Below are positions 34,172-49,200 of a stretch of 64,000 nucleotides of DNA, in pieces. The position numbers and the translations under genes were made by a program. How positions within the stretch are numbered: position 1 is the first letter of the stretch; each line of letters begins with the position of its first letter. The notes beneath the pieces are model-generated. The model searched no databases. It was not told the DNA's origin and worked only from the letters and a program-made list of their open reading frames with translations. The stretch covers positions 9,208,741 through 9,272,740 of the forward strand of contig OZ037768.1 in the NCBI GenBank assembly GCA_964035545.1, in the 5' to 3' direction. Source of the stretch: Bugula neritina (lineage: Eukaryota; Animalia; Bryozoa).

Positions 34172-36475
34172 TCATAGATCAACATATATATCTTCCAATT
34201 CAAGCTCTTGCTCTCTCATCGTATCGCTTTTCTCTAGGTTTGAGTTATGATGAACATTATCATTGTACATGCTGCTCATATTGAACTTGCTTCTTTCTTT
34301 CGCAGCTGACAGTTTCCAAGTCCTGCGCATACCGTGCAAGTATGATGGTACTAAGTCTATGTTCATTGACGTATTGTTTTGAGTTGCAGCTGTTAGGCCT
34401 CTCATGGTGCTAGCGGTTTCACTCAACTCGGCAACTTCATGCATAGAAGGCAGCGATTGTTCATACTTTATAGTTTCTTTACCCTGTATTTGAAAATCAA
34501 TGTGTTAGCTCTTACCACTCAACAATGTTTAAAGCACCATATGGTTTCATTCATAATTGAATGTGTGTGATTACCGAGTTTGCATAGAGACTTTGTCTGT
34601 TGTAAAGACCTCCAACAGATCCGTCTGATTGGGAAGCAGTGGGCAGCAACTTCTTGTAGCTTGGAATCTCCTGGTGATGCATTACAGTTGACAGCCAATC
34701 AGAGAAGTGGAAATTGCCTCTGGAAGAGTGCTGTCGGTCAGCAATTGGAGTATTTCTTGAGCACATATCTCTTATTGGAGAAGTGCTGTACATTTCACTG
34801 CCTGAATCTGTACTGAAATAAACCTGTGACAGAGAAAAATTAGAACATAATTATGATATGTTTCTGCTGGTATTTATGGGGCGATGGTTTAGCATTTCAT
34901 TAAATTTAAAAATAAGAAATGAGCTTTGTTTCAGGAAACTGTGTAATGAGGTTATTTGAAAATAGACCAGAAGACCTTTTAGGACATGTCCAAGTATCCT
35001 CATTCTTTAGGTATTCTACAGATGTAATGCTAGAGCCTATTACCCACTGTATACACCTAACACATTTATCTCAGTAACAATGCATGAAGAGTAACTTGTA
35101 CAATACATGTAATAGAGCTGGTCAAAAGACTGTGTACTGGTAGAACAAACTTAATAATGCTATTGGGCATGAGCAAATTTTCAGGAAAATAAATTTCAAC
35201 CACAGCTGCTTATGATTTTAAATAAATAAAATTGTTCTTCATTCAGTTTACCTCCTTAGAATCACTTTCACAGCTTATTCGTTCCACAGAAGACGTGTTC
35301 TTATGAGGTAAAACTACAACATTCTGATTTAGCAGAAGAAAGCGGCTTATAATAGGAAGTACTACAAGAATAGTTTCTAGAACAGACAGGACGATACACA
35401 AGAGGTTGAGCGGTCCATATGTCATGTAGACCAACATCTTCATTCGTCTTGCATTAAAAAACTAAAAATATAATTTAAAGGCATATATTTATGTTGGAGA
35501 TAGGAAACACATAGCTTACATAATTTCATTAAGAAATTGGTTTCACAAAATTATAATAAATGCATGCAATTTTACAACTTACCACAGAATATACTGATCT
35601 GCCTTGAAATATTAGGCTCCACCAGAAAAATGAGCCAAACATGATTGCCAAGCAGCAAATGAGCAAAGCTATATGGAGCCATTCATCACAGCTGATGGTT
35701 ATCATCTTCCACTAATATATGACAGAGTCATGAATACATTAGATTATAATTGATATAATGCCAGGAATTTAATGCTAGATTGCAATCAAATTAACATTTT
35801 TCATTATACACTTTTATATTTAGTGAAGTAATTATCTTAATTCGAAACTATAGCCTCTGTCTAATCTAAGAATGACTGCAAAATTTTTTTATTAAACACA
35901 TTTTTTTCATATATGAAATCAACAATATTATATAAAAATATCATAAAGAAATTATATTCTACCTCCTTAAAAGGTTTAAGACCAGATTTCTTGACTCGAA
36001 ACTTTGCATGGCACAACTCACATTTTCTTTTATTGCTGTAAGTTAGCCATTTTTTGACACAGTCTGAATGACTGTAACGGAGAGTACCTCGACACCTAAA
36101 TTATTCCAGCACATTGGAATTAAAGGAAGACCTAATACTGTAAACATGTTTTGGTTTCAAATACTGCAAGCAATGTGATTGGTCATGTAAAATAATTGCC
36201 CCCCCCACGAGATTCGAGCCACAAACCTCTGGCTTGCCCACAGGCGGCTAACCAATTACACCACAGGGTAAACTCCACACTACAAGTCACATTTCTAAAT
36301 AGCCACTACCAGTATGAAAGCACCAAGTGACATTCTATGCAGGGGAATAAAGTTACCTGCAAGGAGTAATAAGAGAAGCTTCTGATATTCCACAGTGGCA
36401 TATTTTACACATCACACCTTGGCTGCCGCCACTCTCATCGCTGAAAGGGGATTGAGCAGCATCTGCTGCCATCAT
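34172..36475 (-). CDS. MARCH-family (RING-CH) membrane E3 ubiquitin ligase
   Basis: Exons ~36475-36357, 36095-35963, 35711-35583, 35461-35252, 34823-34575, 34483-34172. C4HC3 RING-CH: CKICH..PCRCRGTLRYSHSDCVKKW..CELC, followed by two hydrophobic segments (WLHIALLICCLAIMFGSFFWWSLIF; LNLLCIVLSVLETILVVLPII) and a low-complexity tail. Confidence 0.85.
36198..36268 (-). mobile_element. tRNA-like SINE head or tRNA pseudogene in intron 1 of the MARCH-like gene
   Basis: Minus strand CCCTGTGGTGTAATTGGTTAGCCGCC..GGTTTGTGGCTCGAATCTCGTGGGGGGG: A and B boxes present, T-loop mutated, anticodon arm poor. Confidence 0.55.
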
Positions 36476-37273
36476 AAACCTGCCCTCAATTATCTATATC
36501 CTGAATAAGAAACCTCATTAGCACTAAAAACCAAGTGAACTTCTAGAAAGATTGGAATTCAGTTTCGGTGAAGTAACCCAGCATATGATTGATAGGACTT
36601 ACCATATATGGCCAGCTCAGAGTTCACCACCGTGATGAGTTATTGAGCAACCTTATTTGATATTTATTCAAAGATTTATCAATTAAATATTAATTTTACA
36701 ATACAACTAAAAACAGATCAAGTTGATGAAGAATGTGCTGGTGGCTTCATCGAGAATAACTTCAATATTTTTAACATTTTGCAGTAATAATAATTTTTGA
36801 AAAGATAGATAAAATATAAGCACATATTATGCTTTAGTTCATTAACATGATGTTTTACAGGTAGTTTATTGATGATGGCACCAACTATGAACAAGTTAAA
36901 AAACACAGGCTATGCCATGACATTATGGCCTGTCATTAGTATATTTATAATATAGGTGTAGCAAAAATAATGATTTCAACAACTACTACAAAGTATAATT
37001 ATATGTAGCCAAGTACTTTGGCATTGCAGGCAAATAAAATCATAGAAATTTGTTGATGCGCCTAGTTGAGATTGTAAAAAAAGATGAACATAAGTATTTA
37101 CAACTATGTACAATAACCATTCAACTCACTAAATTAAAAAAAGTAAATGATCCACAAGGGATGTTTACGATTCGTGTGCAGACAAAACTCTTGAAGTTTC
37201 AACATGAGCCAAGATAATAAATTAATCTGAATATAGACTGAGAGTCAGAACCAGCAAGTCATGTGGCAGGGGA

Positions 37274-40200
37274 TTAATTGAGGAAGCCTCTGCACTTTTT
37301 AGCTCCGCAAGTGCAAGGTATTTTAACTTCTTCAAATGGGAACTTGTAGTCGTAGGTCAGCTCCTCCCCTCGGTGAATTGACCTCAACGCATATATTATG
37401 ATGTGTTTAGCACCATTCACGTCTATTACTTTAGAGAAGCAGTTGGGCTAAAATAAACATGAATATGAACAGATCAGATGCAGCACGTTGACGAAAACCA
37501 TATTTTGTAATACATAACAGAGTAGATGAATTTTTACAGAAAGGAGTTTTCAGTACATAAAATCACAGAGAATAATTTCGCATTTATCTGAAGCGCTTTA
37601 TGCAAATTTAACTTGATATATCAACATTTAGGGAAAATGAAGTTTTTAACTATTTTGAGAAACTAGCAAGTCCAAAATAATTCATGGTTCATTTGTTTAC
37701 ACTCGTTAAGCTCAACAACAAGCATTTTTATATAGTATTAGAAAAATAAACATAATTATATGGTATCAAAATGGGCCATTGAAAAATGGTATTTTTTTAC
37801 CTAATTTGCTTATTTTTAAAACAAAAATAAGACTGCAGTTCGTTCTGAACTAAAATATTGAAGTTCTTTTCTATTTTGCTCTATCAAGCAAGTAGGCAAT
37901 TTTTAGCAAAGAAGCTGCTGTGTTGAAATATCTAAATGAAACCCAAAGTAAACATGGAGTCACATAGAACAAATGAACTGCAACTTTTGCACTATTTTCA
38001 AAGAAAAAGTTTACCAAAACAATGTTTAGTCACTAAAAGCTCACATAAAATTCATTAAAATTTTTTTTTTATCCTAGAACAAATACAAGTTACATGCAGC
38101 CTTCTGCATGTATAGCCAATGCACTCACGTCACATGAATGATTAATAAACCGGGCAGCATTTCCCTTCAACGTTGCGTCAACCACAATGTCGTTGTCAAT
38201 CTTGAACATGTAGCAGCCAATGCCTTTGCTTTCATAATATTTCTCTCGTTTATCGCAGAGTCCAGCTCGAATAACTTCACCAGCGTACTCTATCACCTGT
38301 TAGATCATCGCACATTGCAATCAGTAATCCATAACTATCTCCAAATACTAAACAATGCAACGCTGTAAGACTTATGACTTAAAAGAGCACAAATAGGCTC
38401 AAAAACTTATTAATTAATACACATAAAACATATCTAAACATATCCACCATATCAGTATTTACCGAAAAAAAACCTTGCAAACTTAAAGTACCCTGAAATA
38501 CATACATTGACACATACAATACTAAGGCATGTAACCAATGCAGAGGTAATGATAAAATCTCACCATCTCCCCAGAGTCGATAGCTCTAGTACAAAACAAG
38601 CCTCTGCCGTGTATACCGGACCTGTACACAGCAGTGGCCTCCTTGGCGTTAGTCTTCAGGTGTCTGAATCTCATGGCATTTGGCAAGGACATGCTGGTGG
38701 CTCGCCTGTAAGCATTGTGTCGTGTGTATAAATACCCAAATACTGTATTATACGGTGAGCAGCTGAACAAATAGAAGAACAGACAGACAGAGAGAATATT
38801 CACCTTGATGAGAGCTGAGCGAGAGTTTCATTCCTATCACTCTCGGCTACAGTGCCGGGATAGAGAAGACCTGCCGGCTTCCTCCTGTATATGGAGTCTA
38901 TAAAGGAGAACATCTCACTGTGCTTTCTACTAACAAAGGGTTCGCTCCGAGCTGAGCCAGTGGCAGTTTCCAGCAGATCCTGTACGACAGAAACCAGAAC
39001 TCTTTTGAGCTACATTTGGTGAGCCAATCACCGGAGAGATTGATAACTTTATGTCTAAATATTCTTCCCATTAAAAGAATAAGTGAGATGCTTACCAAAT
39101 GTACAAAACTACAAATTAATCAGGTATTAATGTGCTATTACAGTATATCAACATACATGAAGCAGTAACCAACTCAGACTATGTATTATCATCACATCAA
39201 CAGTGTCACCATTGACATGATAACATACAACATTTCATCAACACTAGAACAAGTAAAGAAACAAATGACCTTAAACTCTGTGATTTTAACCAGTGTAGAG
39301 GTAAAAAGTCCAGAAAAATGTATCAGTTAAAGTGGTATGATTTATTTTTAGGACTACTTGCCCTCATAAATCACAATGTTTATTTGTCTCATACATATGC
39401 TAAGTAGGCTCAGCACATTCTAAAACTATGGAATGGTGTAAAATAGTGCTACATGGCGAAAGGCTTTTAAGGTGGAACACCTAATAGAACACACAAACCA
39501 ATGACACGCGGGGATCTTACCTCTTCATACTCGAATAAAGGCGGGTTGTGGAATTTGAACCTGTAGGTGTGGCAGTACCTGGCCCCATACAGCTGTTCAG
39601 TGAAGTAGGCTACACTGGTGTGCTCCAGCCCGTACATGTGTAGACCATTCACTCCGGCAAATGAGATGGCGGGACAGCCGGATGATATCCTCAACTCTCT
39701 AACAGCATCCGTTACATTCCTCCAGGCATCTGAAAGATGAACCAATGGATGCCTGATTCAAATATGTGATTGTCTTAAATAAAACTAATTGAAAAAAAAT
39801 CAAGTTGTGTCGAAATTACTTTATAACAAGATATATCAAACCATCAAGCTGTTTCAAATCGGACACCCACAAAACAAAACCTATTTGAATAAATATTGAG
39901 TGCACAAGTGCAAACTGTTAGCTTACCATTCCAGTTATCTGCCCGTGTTGAATATCCATCATCACTGCTAATCTCAAACGAGAGAAACTTTGTAGACGGT
40001 TTAGATTGATTGGGCGGCCGAGTTTTGCCGACATTATCTTCCTGGCCGTCGACAATTTCCTCTTCAGAAGCAGCCTGAGGCAGGAACCTCTTCCGCGAAG
40101 ATGGAGACAGCATAGCCAGCTGGCAGTCAGCTGCAACATATAACACACAGCCTTCAAGAAGAGCTTCTAAGTTACACAAAACAACTTGATGATAGACAAG

Positions 40201-43200
40201 TGTCACTACCACATGCTTTAGAAATACATACTGTAGAGAGATATACCGTAGAGAGAGATATACTGTAGAGAGACATACTGTAGAGAGATATACTGTAGAG
40301 ATATACTATAGAGATATACTGTAGAAATATACTGTAGAGAGAGATACTGTAGAGAGACACTATAGAGATATACTGTAGATATACATACTGTAGAGAGATA
40401 TACTGTAGAGAGATATACTGTAGAGATATACTGTAGAGAGATATAATGTAGAGAGATATACTATAGAGAGATATACTATATAGAGAGAGACAGTATACTA
40501 GAGTACTTACTACCATCAGTGCGGCACGCAAGCTCCTTGTCGCTATTGGCGTGCACCTTGAGACGAGGTAGCTGTGAGTAGTCGACGAGTTTGTGTTGTT
40601 TAGACTTGGCTGATGACATCACACTGAGGTCATATTGCCGTGAGGTGGTCATAGAATATGTACCTGCACATTGAATTCACATGAAACTTGGTTACAAAAT
40701 GTTTCAGGGTTGCCATCTTGAATGGCACTGAGAACTGCTGATGCAATACATTATGGTACTTAAACAAATTACTCACACAAGTTCCACATCAACAGTCTCT
40801 CTTACAATATCATGACAATATAATCACCTATTCATAAGATATTCTACATGATTCCAGAAGGAAATATGACATAGTGGCTAGCAAACACATACCACACTGA
40901 CCGGCCCCAGCATACATCTGATTGGCTGAGTGATTGGTGGGAGGAGCTTCTCTATTCTGAGCTTTTCTAATCGCATCTGAAATAGTTTTCTGTAGCTGGC
41001 TGGGAATATTCTCACTGCGACTTTTGATGACGCCATCTTTATCGACCAGCACTTTGCCCGTCATGGGTCTCGGCTTCACATTATACTTCCTCCTAAACAC
41101 AACAAACTGAGTGAAGAGATCAAACAACAAGTTCTAATGTAAAAATTATAGACACAACATTTGTCTTTATTATAGAATCACCATATTCAACATATTAGCC
41201 TATTTTACTGAAGTTTATCGGAATTGGTAGAATAAAAATTTTATGAATAAACATACTTATAATGACTACATCTAATCCATTTAGTCATCCAATACACAAC
41301 CTAAAAAACAAGGTACTAAAAGCAAGTGAATTAGATATACACTAACTTAGGCTTCTGGACATTCTCTTTACTCTCATCATCATCCTCCTGTCCCTTAGCC
41401 AGGGCATTCTCGTTATAGTTGATATTAGTACCCCGTCTCCTCAGGTTCGCTCTGGGGGCACACAGGTCCTCCTCATCCGTACTAGATGTGTCATCCGATT
41501 CTTCACAGTAATTTATCATATCTTTGCGTACCTCCCTACAATAACACTACTTGTAATATATTCCCTACAATAATACTACTTATAATATATTCCCTACAAT
41601 AATACTACTCACCTATAATATATTCCCCACAATAAACACAGTGGACCTTAATAATAACACCTATAATACATTCCCTCTATTAAGCGAAATGGTTAGCAGC
41701 AGCAAATCTACATTTACCACTCGGACTATTCAACCGCACGTGTTGACATTTGCCTTTCTCTGGTTTTAGTTTATAAGTTTTTTGTTATGTGTTGAAATAG
41801 AAAAAATTATAATAAAATGAGTTTATAATTAGCTGTTGGAATAAAATATAACTACTGAAAATACAATATTCATTGGCCATTTATTTGTAAAACTGCAGTA
41901 TACATGTAGATGGAGCAGTAATCATTAAATGATGTGAACTAAGAAATACAGTTGTAGCAATAAAGCTACGAACTAGACAATAAACAATAGACATAGATGA
42001 ATAGACATAGAAGGATAGACATAGATGAATAGACATAGAAGGATAGACATAGAAGGATAGACATAGAAGGATAGACATAGATGAATAGACATAGAAGGAT
42101 AGACATAGATGAATAGACATAGCTGAGTAACTAAACACCAGCCTCGAGATATCTCTAGGGGGAGGAGTCGGCTCCCGAAGTGGCATCAGAGTAGGAGCTG
42201 TCTCGCCATCATCAACATCAGCCTCTACTTCAGAATCGCTGTCAGCAGGTAACTTCTCTATCACAACCTGCAGAGTTTTGGCATGAGGGTTTTCAGTGCA
42301 TGAGGTTGACAAGACTGATTACTTTTATATGCAAATCTTGGCAAATATCAACATAGAAAAAATATAAAAAAACATAAATTATAAACAATATAAAAGATAA
42401 TTATAAACTACATTTATAGATCAAATGTGAAAAAATACTAATAAAATATTCCTTAACACAGCTCAAGCAACTGTGAGCAAATTAGTGCGAGTGACACACT
42501 CACTTCCAATGAGCATCTAGACCATGCAGCATGGTAAGAGTGTTACCTTAGCATTGAGCACGTGTGGTAGATATTTGGTGTCCAGCTCTCTCACCACACA
42601 ACTAACATTAGGTGGTACGATGACTCTGCCAAGTTCATCTTCCGACTCATCTGATGAGTCATCCTCTGAGTCAGATGATGAGTCATACTCAGAGTCAGTA
42701 CTCAATGGAGTTCGGTCACGCGTTGTGATGAACGCATCTATAATATTTACCAACAACTTTGTTGAAACAAACAGCACAAAGACAGATCACAGTTTCACTA
42801 ACCTTTGTAGATTGAAAACATTTTTTTCCAAACTAATTGTTAGTCATTTTGAAAAAAAGGTTTCATTAATACATCAAACTCTAATAACGTGAACTAACAA
42901 TAGTTAACTGTAAATCTATACCACTCAATGGACAGATATTGGTTGACCTCACTAAACATGCATGCAAATGACAGTAGAATGTCAGTCACACACACAATGT
43001 GACCTGCAACTCAGGACCTAGCTCACCTAAGTTAGAGTACAAGTCGTCGTCTCGATCATAAAACTGGTTACTAAAACAGTATTTCCCAGGTATAAACTGG
43101 GGTTTGGTGTGTTTGTTCGATTCACTACATGTAGGAGATGGGGACGGTGTCATCAAACAATGTACATCTTCGTGACTCTCAGTCTAAAGTAAAAAGTAAA

Positions 43201-46200
43201 ACAATTAAATAGGTAACTGGACAATTTCAAGTAAAGATAAAATATAATAAATAATCAGAGGAAACATAATTCAATTGCATATCCATCAGTTGAACCTCTC
43301 AGATCATATCTTACATGTAATTTGGCTGGAAGTTCTACATCGATTTCTTCATCAGTAATCCCTTCTTTATCCATGGACTTTGAGTTAGTATTGCTATTAT
43401 CTACCAACATATTCTCGTCACCTGAAACAGCCGGTTTATCGACTGTCACAGACCTACTAACCGCTTCCTGGCCACCAGAATGGGTTGCAGTAGCTGTTGT
43501 CTGGCTTTTACTATCAGCACACTTTTCATCTCTTCCGGGAGGGGAACACATGGTGTCATCTAGACGTGCCTGCCGAGTCAGCTCTGGTGCCTTTGTTCTC
43601 CGGGGACTTGCAGTCGGTTCTGCGTGAGACGCGCTGTCCAAGCAGACAGCTGAGCCTGACCGTTGAGACGAAGCAGGCGCCACGTGACTCGGTCTGAGCA
43701 ACATTTCTGAAGGAGGGGGATCCACAGGAAGTCTGTCGGGCAGAGTCTGTGAGCGAACTGGTCTGGGTGTTCTGACAGGGGGGTCTTCCAGTACGGCAGA
43801 TGTACTGGAGCTTTCCGACCTCCTTCTAACCAGAGACTTTAGCAATGATTTTGTATCGTGAGAAACCGGCTACAACATACAACAAGGGCAGATTACAAGC
43901 AAGGAAACGTGCTCAACTCGAACATTCATATTCAATCACACTGCACTTTTGGCAAAAAAACACAAGACAAAAACTTGTAGTTTAAACAATGAAGCCATAA
44001 CTTAAGAAAAAGAGGTGATGGGTGGAAAGTGACATTAGCTTGCTAGTATTGACATACCGGGGAGGATATCTCGTATATAATACTCACCTTGATAGTCTGC
44101 TGCACGTCCTTAAAAGGATCGTCAATGTTGACATCAGTTGGTTCGTCAAAGGAGAAATCTGTGATGACAATCTTAGGGGGACTAAGCAGGGGATTAGTGG
44201 ATACAGCAGAGGGGGCGGGGTCGGTCATATCCTCCACATCTGTGCCGCTGGGTGTGTTGTCTATTGACGAGGCACTACTGTACGCCTGCAGAGATGCAGC
44301 AGACCCTGAGCTGGAGGGCCGGGAATATTCCAGTAAAACTGCTGCTTTTGCACAATCAGCACCTAGAGAAATGCTTCCAGAAGCTGCAGCCCCATTGTTT
44401 ATGTTGGAAGTATTTGCGTGACTGAACTTCAAATCAGCGTCCCCAGGGTGTGGCGCAATTGCCGATTGTTCTTTCGTGATTTCACTGTCTTTTGATTGGT
44501 TATTTTGCTTACATTCACTTGAGTGCACAGAATCTAAGTTTGATTCAATCAAGCTCCTATCAGGTTTGTCCGGATGCCGAGATGATAAACTATTGAGATG
44601 AAGCTGAGCGCCAGCTTCCTGTTCTAAAGATGGAGGATCTTCGAGTGACATCTTTCTGTCACCTTTTATCTCGGGAGATTCGGGCTTCTCAACATCTACA
44701 ATGTCCATCTTTTCGTGTTCCGGTGTTTCTGACATGTCCATTACATTTGAGGTAGGTGAAGTAGGTTTACTTTCCAGTGTAACTTTACTATCATCTTTTA
44801 CCTGCTGCCGCAGGTGTTTACTGAGTATTGATTGCATAACAGCTTGCACACCTTCAAAATATACACAAGATACAGAATATGCCACATGATAGAGAACAGC
44901 ATGACAAGAGAACACACATGCACTGTGTCAGCATAACTATCCTAACAAAAATTTGTTGGCATTGCACTCACTACACAAATATCAACTTGCATGCATTTAA
45001 ATAGCAACGCTAGTTTTTCATAAATAATCTAATAAATATTTGAGTTACTTAGAACACAGACTAATGCGGATAGGGAAAAATAACTAATAAAATATGAGAA
45101 TGCTAACTTTTACCCTCCCGAATGATTTTTTTCTCTTGTGGGGGAGATAGTAAGCAATGTCATGGCATTCACTTTTCTGGTATTCAAAACCAAGTACACT
45201 TTGCAAGTGTGACTTTGGAGCCAATGTATATATGCTCTTTCAAAGCAACAAAACTCGCTATTCCACAATGATGCAAAGCATACAAGTGACAAAGAACTGA
45301 CATCAACTGCTCAAACAATAGTACCTCCCATCTCATCAGCCTTTTCCTTGCTCATCCGGCCAATGACTTCTACGACTTCTTCGGCGACATCATTGTCGAC
45401 ATCTCGGAGTATGACCACTTCTCTTTCATCAAGAACCTCCTCGTCCTCAGCTGTCACCATGTCCAATATCTCAGCCACGTCGTCATCCAAGTTGCCACAC
45501 ACTTCCGGTGTAGATGACCCATAGAGTATAGAGGCCTTCCTACGTTCTGTCATACAATAACACCGCGTACATATTTTCATAAATTCTTTTACTCCATAAA
45601 ATATTATGTACAATATATTACAAATTACACTAACCTAATATTAGCCTACATGCGCATGCACATTTATAATGTATTGCTGGTATGGCATGTAACGTTGTAA
45701 AAATTAATAATCTAAAATGCCTTGCATACAGTTCGCCTGAACTCCGCAGAAAACTACTTAGTTAAAACTTTCCTTCTGGGAAAATACTTCAATTAAAGAG
45801 CAGTAAAATCGCATCAGTTTATCCGTTTACAACAGGTAATACCTTTTCTGCGTTTCCTCTGAGACCGGTGAGCTGCTTTGTTGAGGGCGGAAGCAATACC
45901 TGTAAGATTAGCCAGCTCCGTGTCTGATGAGTCATCCATTGCCAGCAACTGAATCAACAAGAACACAGTTCAACAGAAATAATAAACCTTTTTCATCCTG
46001 CTAAATGTTTGCTAGATGTGAACAGCATGCAAATAATAAAGTTAAACATATAAAGGTGCAGAACGAGACACACAGAATAAAGAAAAGGTGAAAACGGATA
46101 AGGTTACAACAGATAAGCAGAAATTCAACAACTACGAGGCATTATTGGGAATAACAAAAATCACATCTAAGGTTAGCTACTACGGCACTTCTATGTTGAC

Positions 46201-49200
46201 GAGGCGGACTTACGCCTGAATCGCCAAGTTTTCTCGGACTAACATATCCAAGGAGGCGCCTGGTGCGCTCACTTAAATTAGACAGCGACCTGACAGGCGC
46301 ACTGCAGCTCAGACCATGATTGGCTGACACAGAAGACACACCGGGCCAAGATCTACTTAAAGGGTGAGAGAGCATGCAATCAGTCACCTGTTGATCATAG
46401 TCCACGGAGGCAGCATTCTTTAGTATATCTGTAAACAGCAAGCGATAAACACTGTATGAAAACATTTGAGCAGAAAGCAATACTACACCAATAAACTTTA
46501 ACTTCAAACTATGACATAGTTTGAATTCATTTGTCTAAGAATAGAGTTCACAAAACAGTGGTGAGTGGTGACCGAACCCTTCTGCAGAAAAAAGTATATT
46601 ACTTCTAATTCTGATAAAGTTAATACACTCCCAATCATAATTAATTTTATAGCACATGTACCTAACTCTGTATACACTGAATCAAGTAAAAGTGAATGCA
46701 AATAAAGTCTGTCAAAATGTATTTATATCAAATTAAAAACTATAAAATTAAATTTGTATTTAGATATGATATTGCATCAGAAGGGCCATCAAGTAAAAGG
46801 AATTTTGACAGCTTTGTAAAAGAATGTAGAGAATTTTAAGTTCAGCATAAGAATCAGAAGTTGAATAGAATGACAGTCACTCACCAAACTTGTGTGGAGG
46901 AAACACATCGGGATATCTAGTAGATAGAAACTCTGGAGGGGTGTAACCAGGTAGGTGGGGGTCGTGACAAATAGTTACGTCTGAGATGGTAAGGGTTACG
47001 GGATTCTCCGGCTTAGTATCCACCATAACTACCTTACAGGTGTACACACTTCTTTGGTAGGGTGTCTTGGTGCTCCAGTAAACTCTTGTTACACTACAAT
47101 CACACATGAGTGAAATGTATATAACACCACAGCACATATTCTGTTGATAATGCATGCAGTTTACAACTAGATGAACCTTTAGTTAACAGCTACTTACCAA
47201 AAATCAATTGGAACCAGTAGATTTAGATAGTCAGATTCTGGTATAACATAGCCTAGATTCTCAACTGTGAGTGAGCCAGCTAGTATAGTGATCTCAGAAG
47301 GCTTGAAACCTTTTTGCCAGGGCTTTTTTATCTTTGCGTGAGCAAAGTCTACAGTTACAGCTCGAGTCACAGCAAATCTGTTTTTGTCCACCACCTATCT
47401 CGAGAATAATCAGCAGGTGAGTGGTAACACAATGTACAGTATCTTGATACTATCAATTATATTGTTTGAAGTTTCATCACATTTTACACGACAGCAGTTG
47501 TTTTATCTTATGACAGAAAGTTTGGCCCTTTATAACCAATAGTTTAATAGGAACTTCGCGGTAAGTTGTACCGTAAACATTTTAGCACAGCAGTTACAGA
47601 TTTATATTTTATTGACCTTTAATGTGTCCAACCTGCTAATAAAGTCAGGGAACACCAACTAAGGGTTTACAGGCAAATTTTTTATAGAATTAGTAGGTCT
47701 GTGATTGAGAAGTGACACTTACATCACCCAAAGCCGAATCAGTACAGTTGGCGCAGAAGACTTGTTGGTCAACCATGAACACACAGTCAGCCCTCCTGGC
47801 ACACATAAAGTGGAAGTTGGAGAGACAGCCTTTGGCACAGCATCCGACTGTTGCACCACGAAGAGCACACATGTTACACTCCTGGAATCACAGAGCAACA
47901 CACTGAGTTTACCCATGAAATAGCTACACTTGGTGGGTATTGAAAATACTGAGGAATAACTACAGTCACTGTCCACAGTACAAATGCTTTTACAGAAACT
48001 AGATATATGTAAACAATTGGGTTTGCAGTTCCTTTTAAACAATTAAAAGTGTCCAGTACTTTTCATTGCCCAACAATAACAGCGTGTTATTTTCTGTATA
48101 TTTATACAATCTTATTAGTACAATATTGAAATGACTCATCAGTAACAACTTTCCCATTCAACGACTAACCAGCATTCTCCCTCTAGATATGGCAGCATGC
48201 ACTTTCTGTAGAGTACCGTCTACCTCCTCGTACACTTCTGCTGACCATATCGCACAGTTTATATGCACCCAGTCATCAGCTCCGCAGTAAATGAGACGGC
48301 CAGAATCCTAGCAGCATATCAAGTCTTATATATCAACATAAACACGCGTAATGATATCAACTAGCTATTAGACCAACAAGACTTACATTAGGAGCATCAT
48401 CCCCATTACGAGAACACAGCTGGCATCTTCTAACATCCAACATGGAGCCTGAGAAAGCCTGAGAATCTATTGCTGGAACCATTTGGGCAGGAGTGGTAAC
48501 CACAGCGTCTTCAATGCCTAAATATAAAAATTTGCACATATGCTCACACTATTGCAAGTATTTATAGCCTTAATAGTAATTTAACTCCTAAATTAAGTTT
48601 AAAATTGAAATTTTATTTGAATTATAAGTTTATACCTGTATCAGTCTGTATGGCAAATGGAATGACTACATTGCGTAAAGACTCTGGAGGTATGGTGAGT
48701 TTGTACGGTGACGGCTGAATAATGCTTGTGGTCTGGTAATCAGGTTTCCGGAGCCAAAGAGCATATGCATGCTCAACGCTAGGAGGCAGTCGTGCTAGCT
48801 CAAGCATGCCTCTATATAATGGAAAAGTACAAATTATTATCAATTAAAATTAAATTATTGTAACGGTCCTTACAAGCATGTAAAGAAATGCCAATAAGTT
48901 AATAATTCAATACGACTTTTTATTTATTGTCATATTAAACTGTGTTAAGAGATTTATTTTAAATTATTTAAAAAATATGTTAAATGCACACACGGATATA
49001 ACTGCTCAAATGTTAGGCAAAATAAGCTGAAAATGCAAAACTGGTGGTTCACTTGAACTCACAGTTTGATTGAATAACAATGTTTATAGCGAACTTATAT
49101 GTGCAAAGCAAGCGAATAATAAAAAGGTGCTTACAAATGCAATAAACAGCTACTGTATGCAAATTTCAACTATGAAATATGCACCAATACTAAAAATACT

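Noticed and set aside
36198-36268. Functional tRNA gene
   Set aside because: T-loop is GGCTCGA, the anticodon arm and acceptor stem pair poorly, and no clear Pol III terminator follows; better explained as a SINE head or pseudogene.
42524-44889. Plus-strand ORFs opposite trx exons
   Set aside because: Antisense shadows of GC-richer coding exons with no independent splice or domain evidence.
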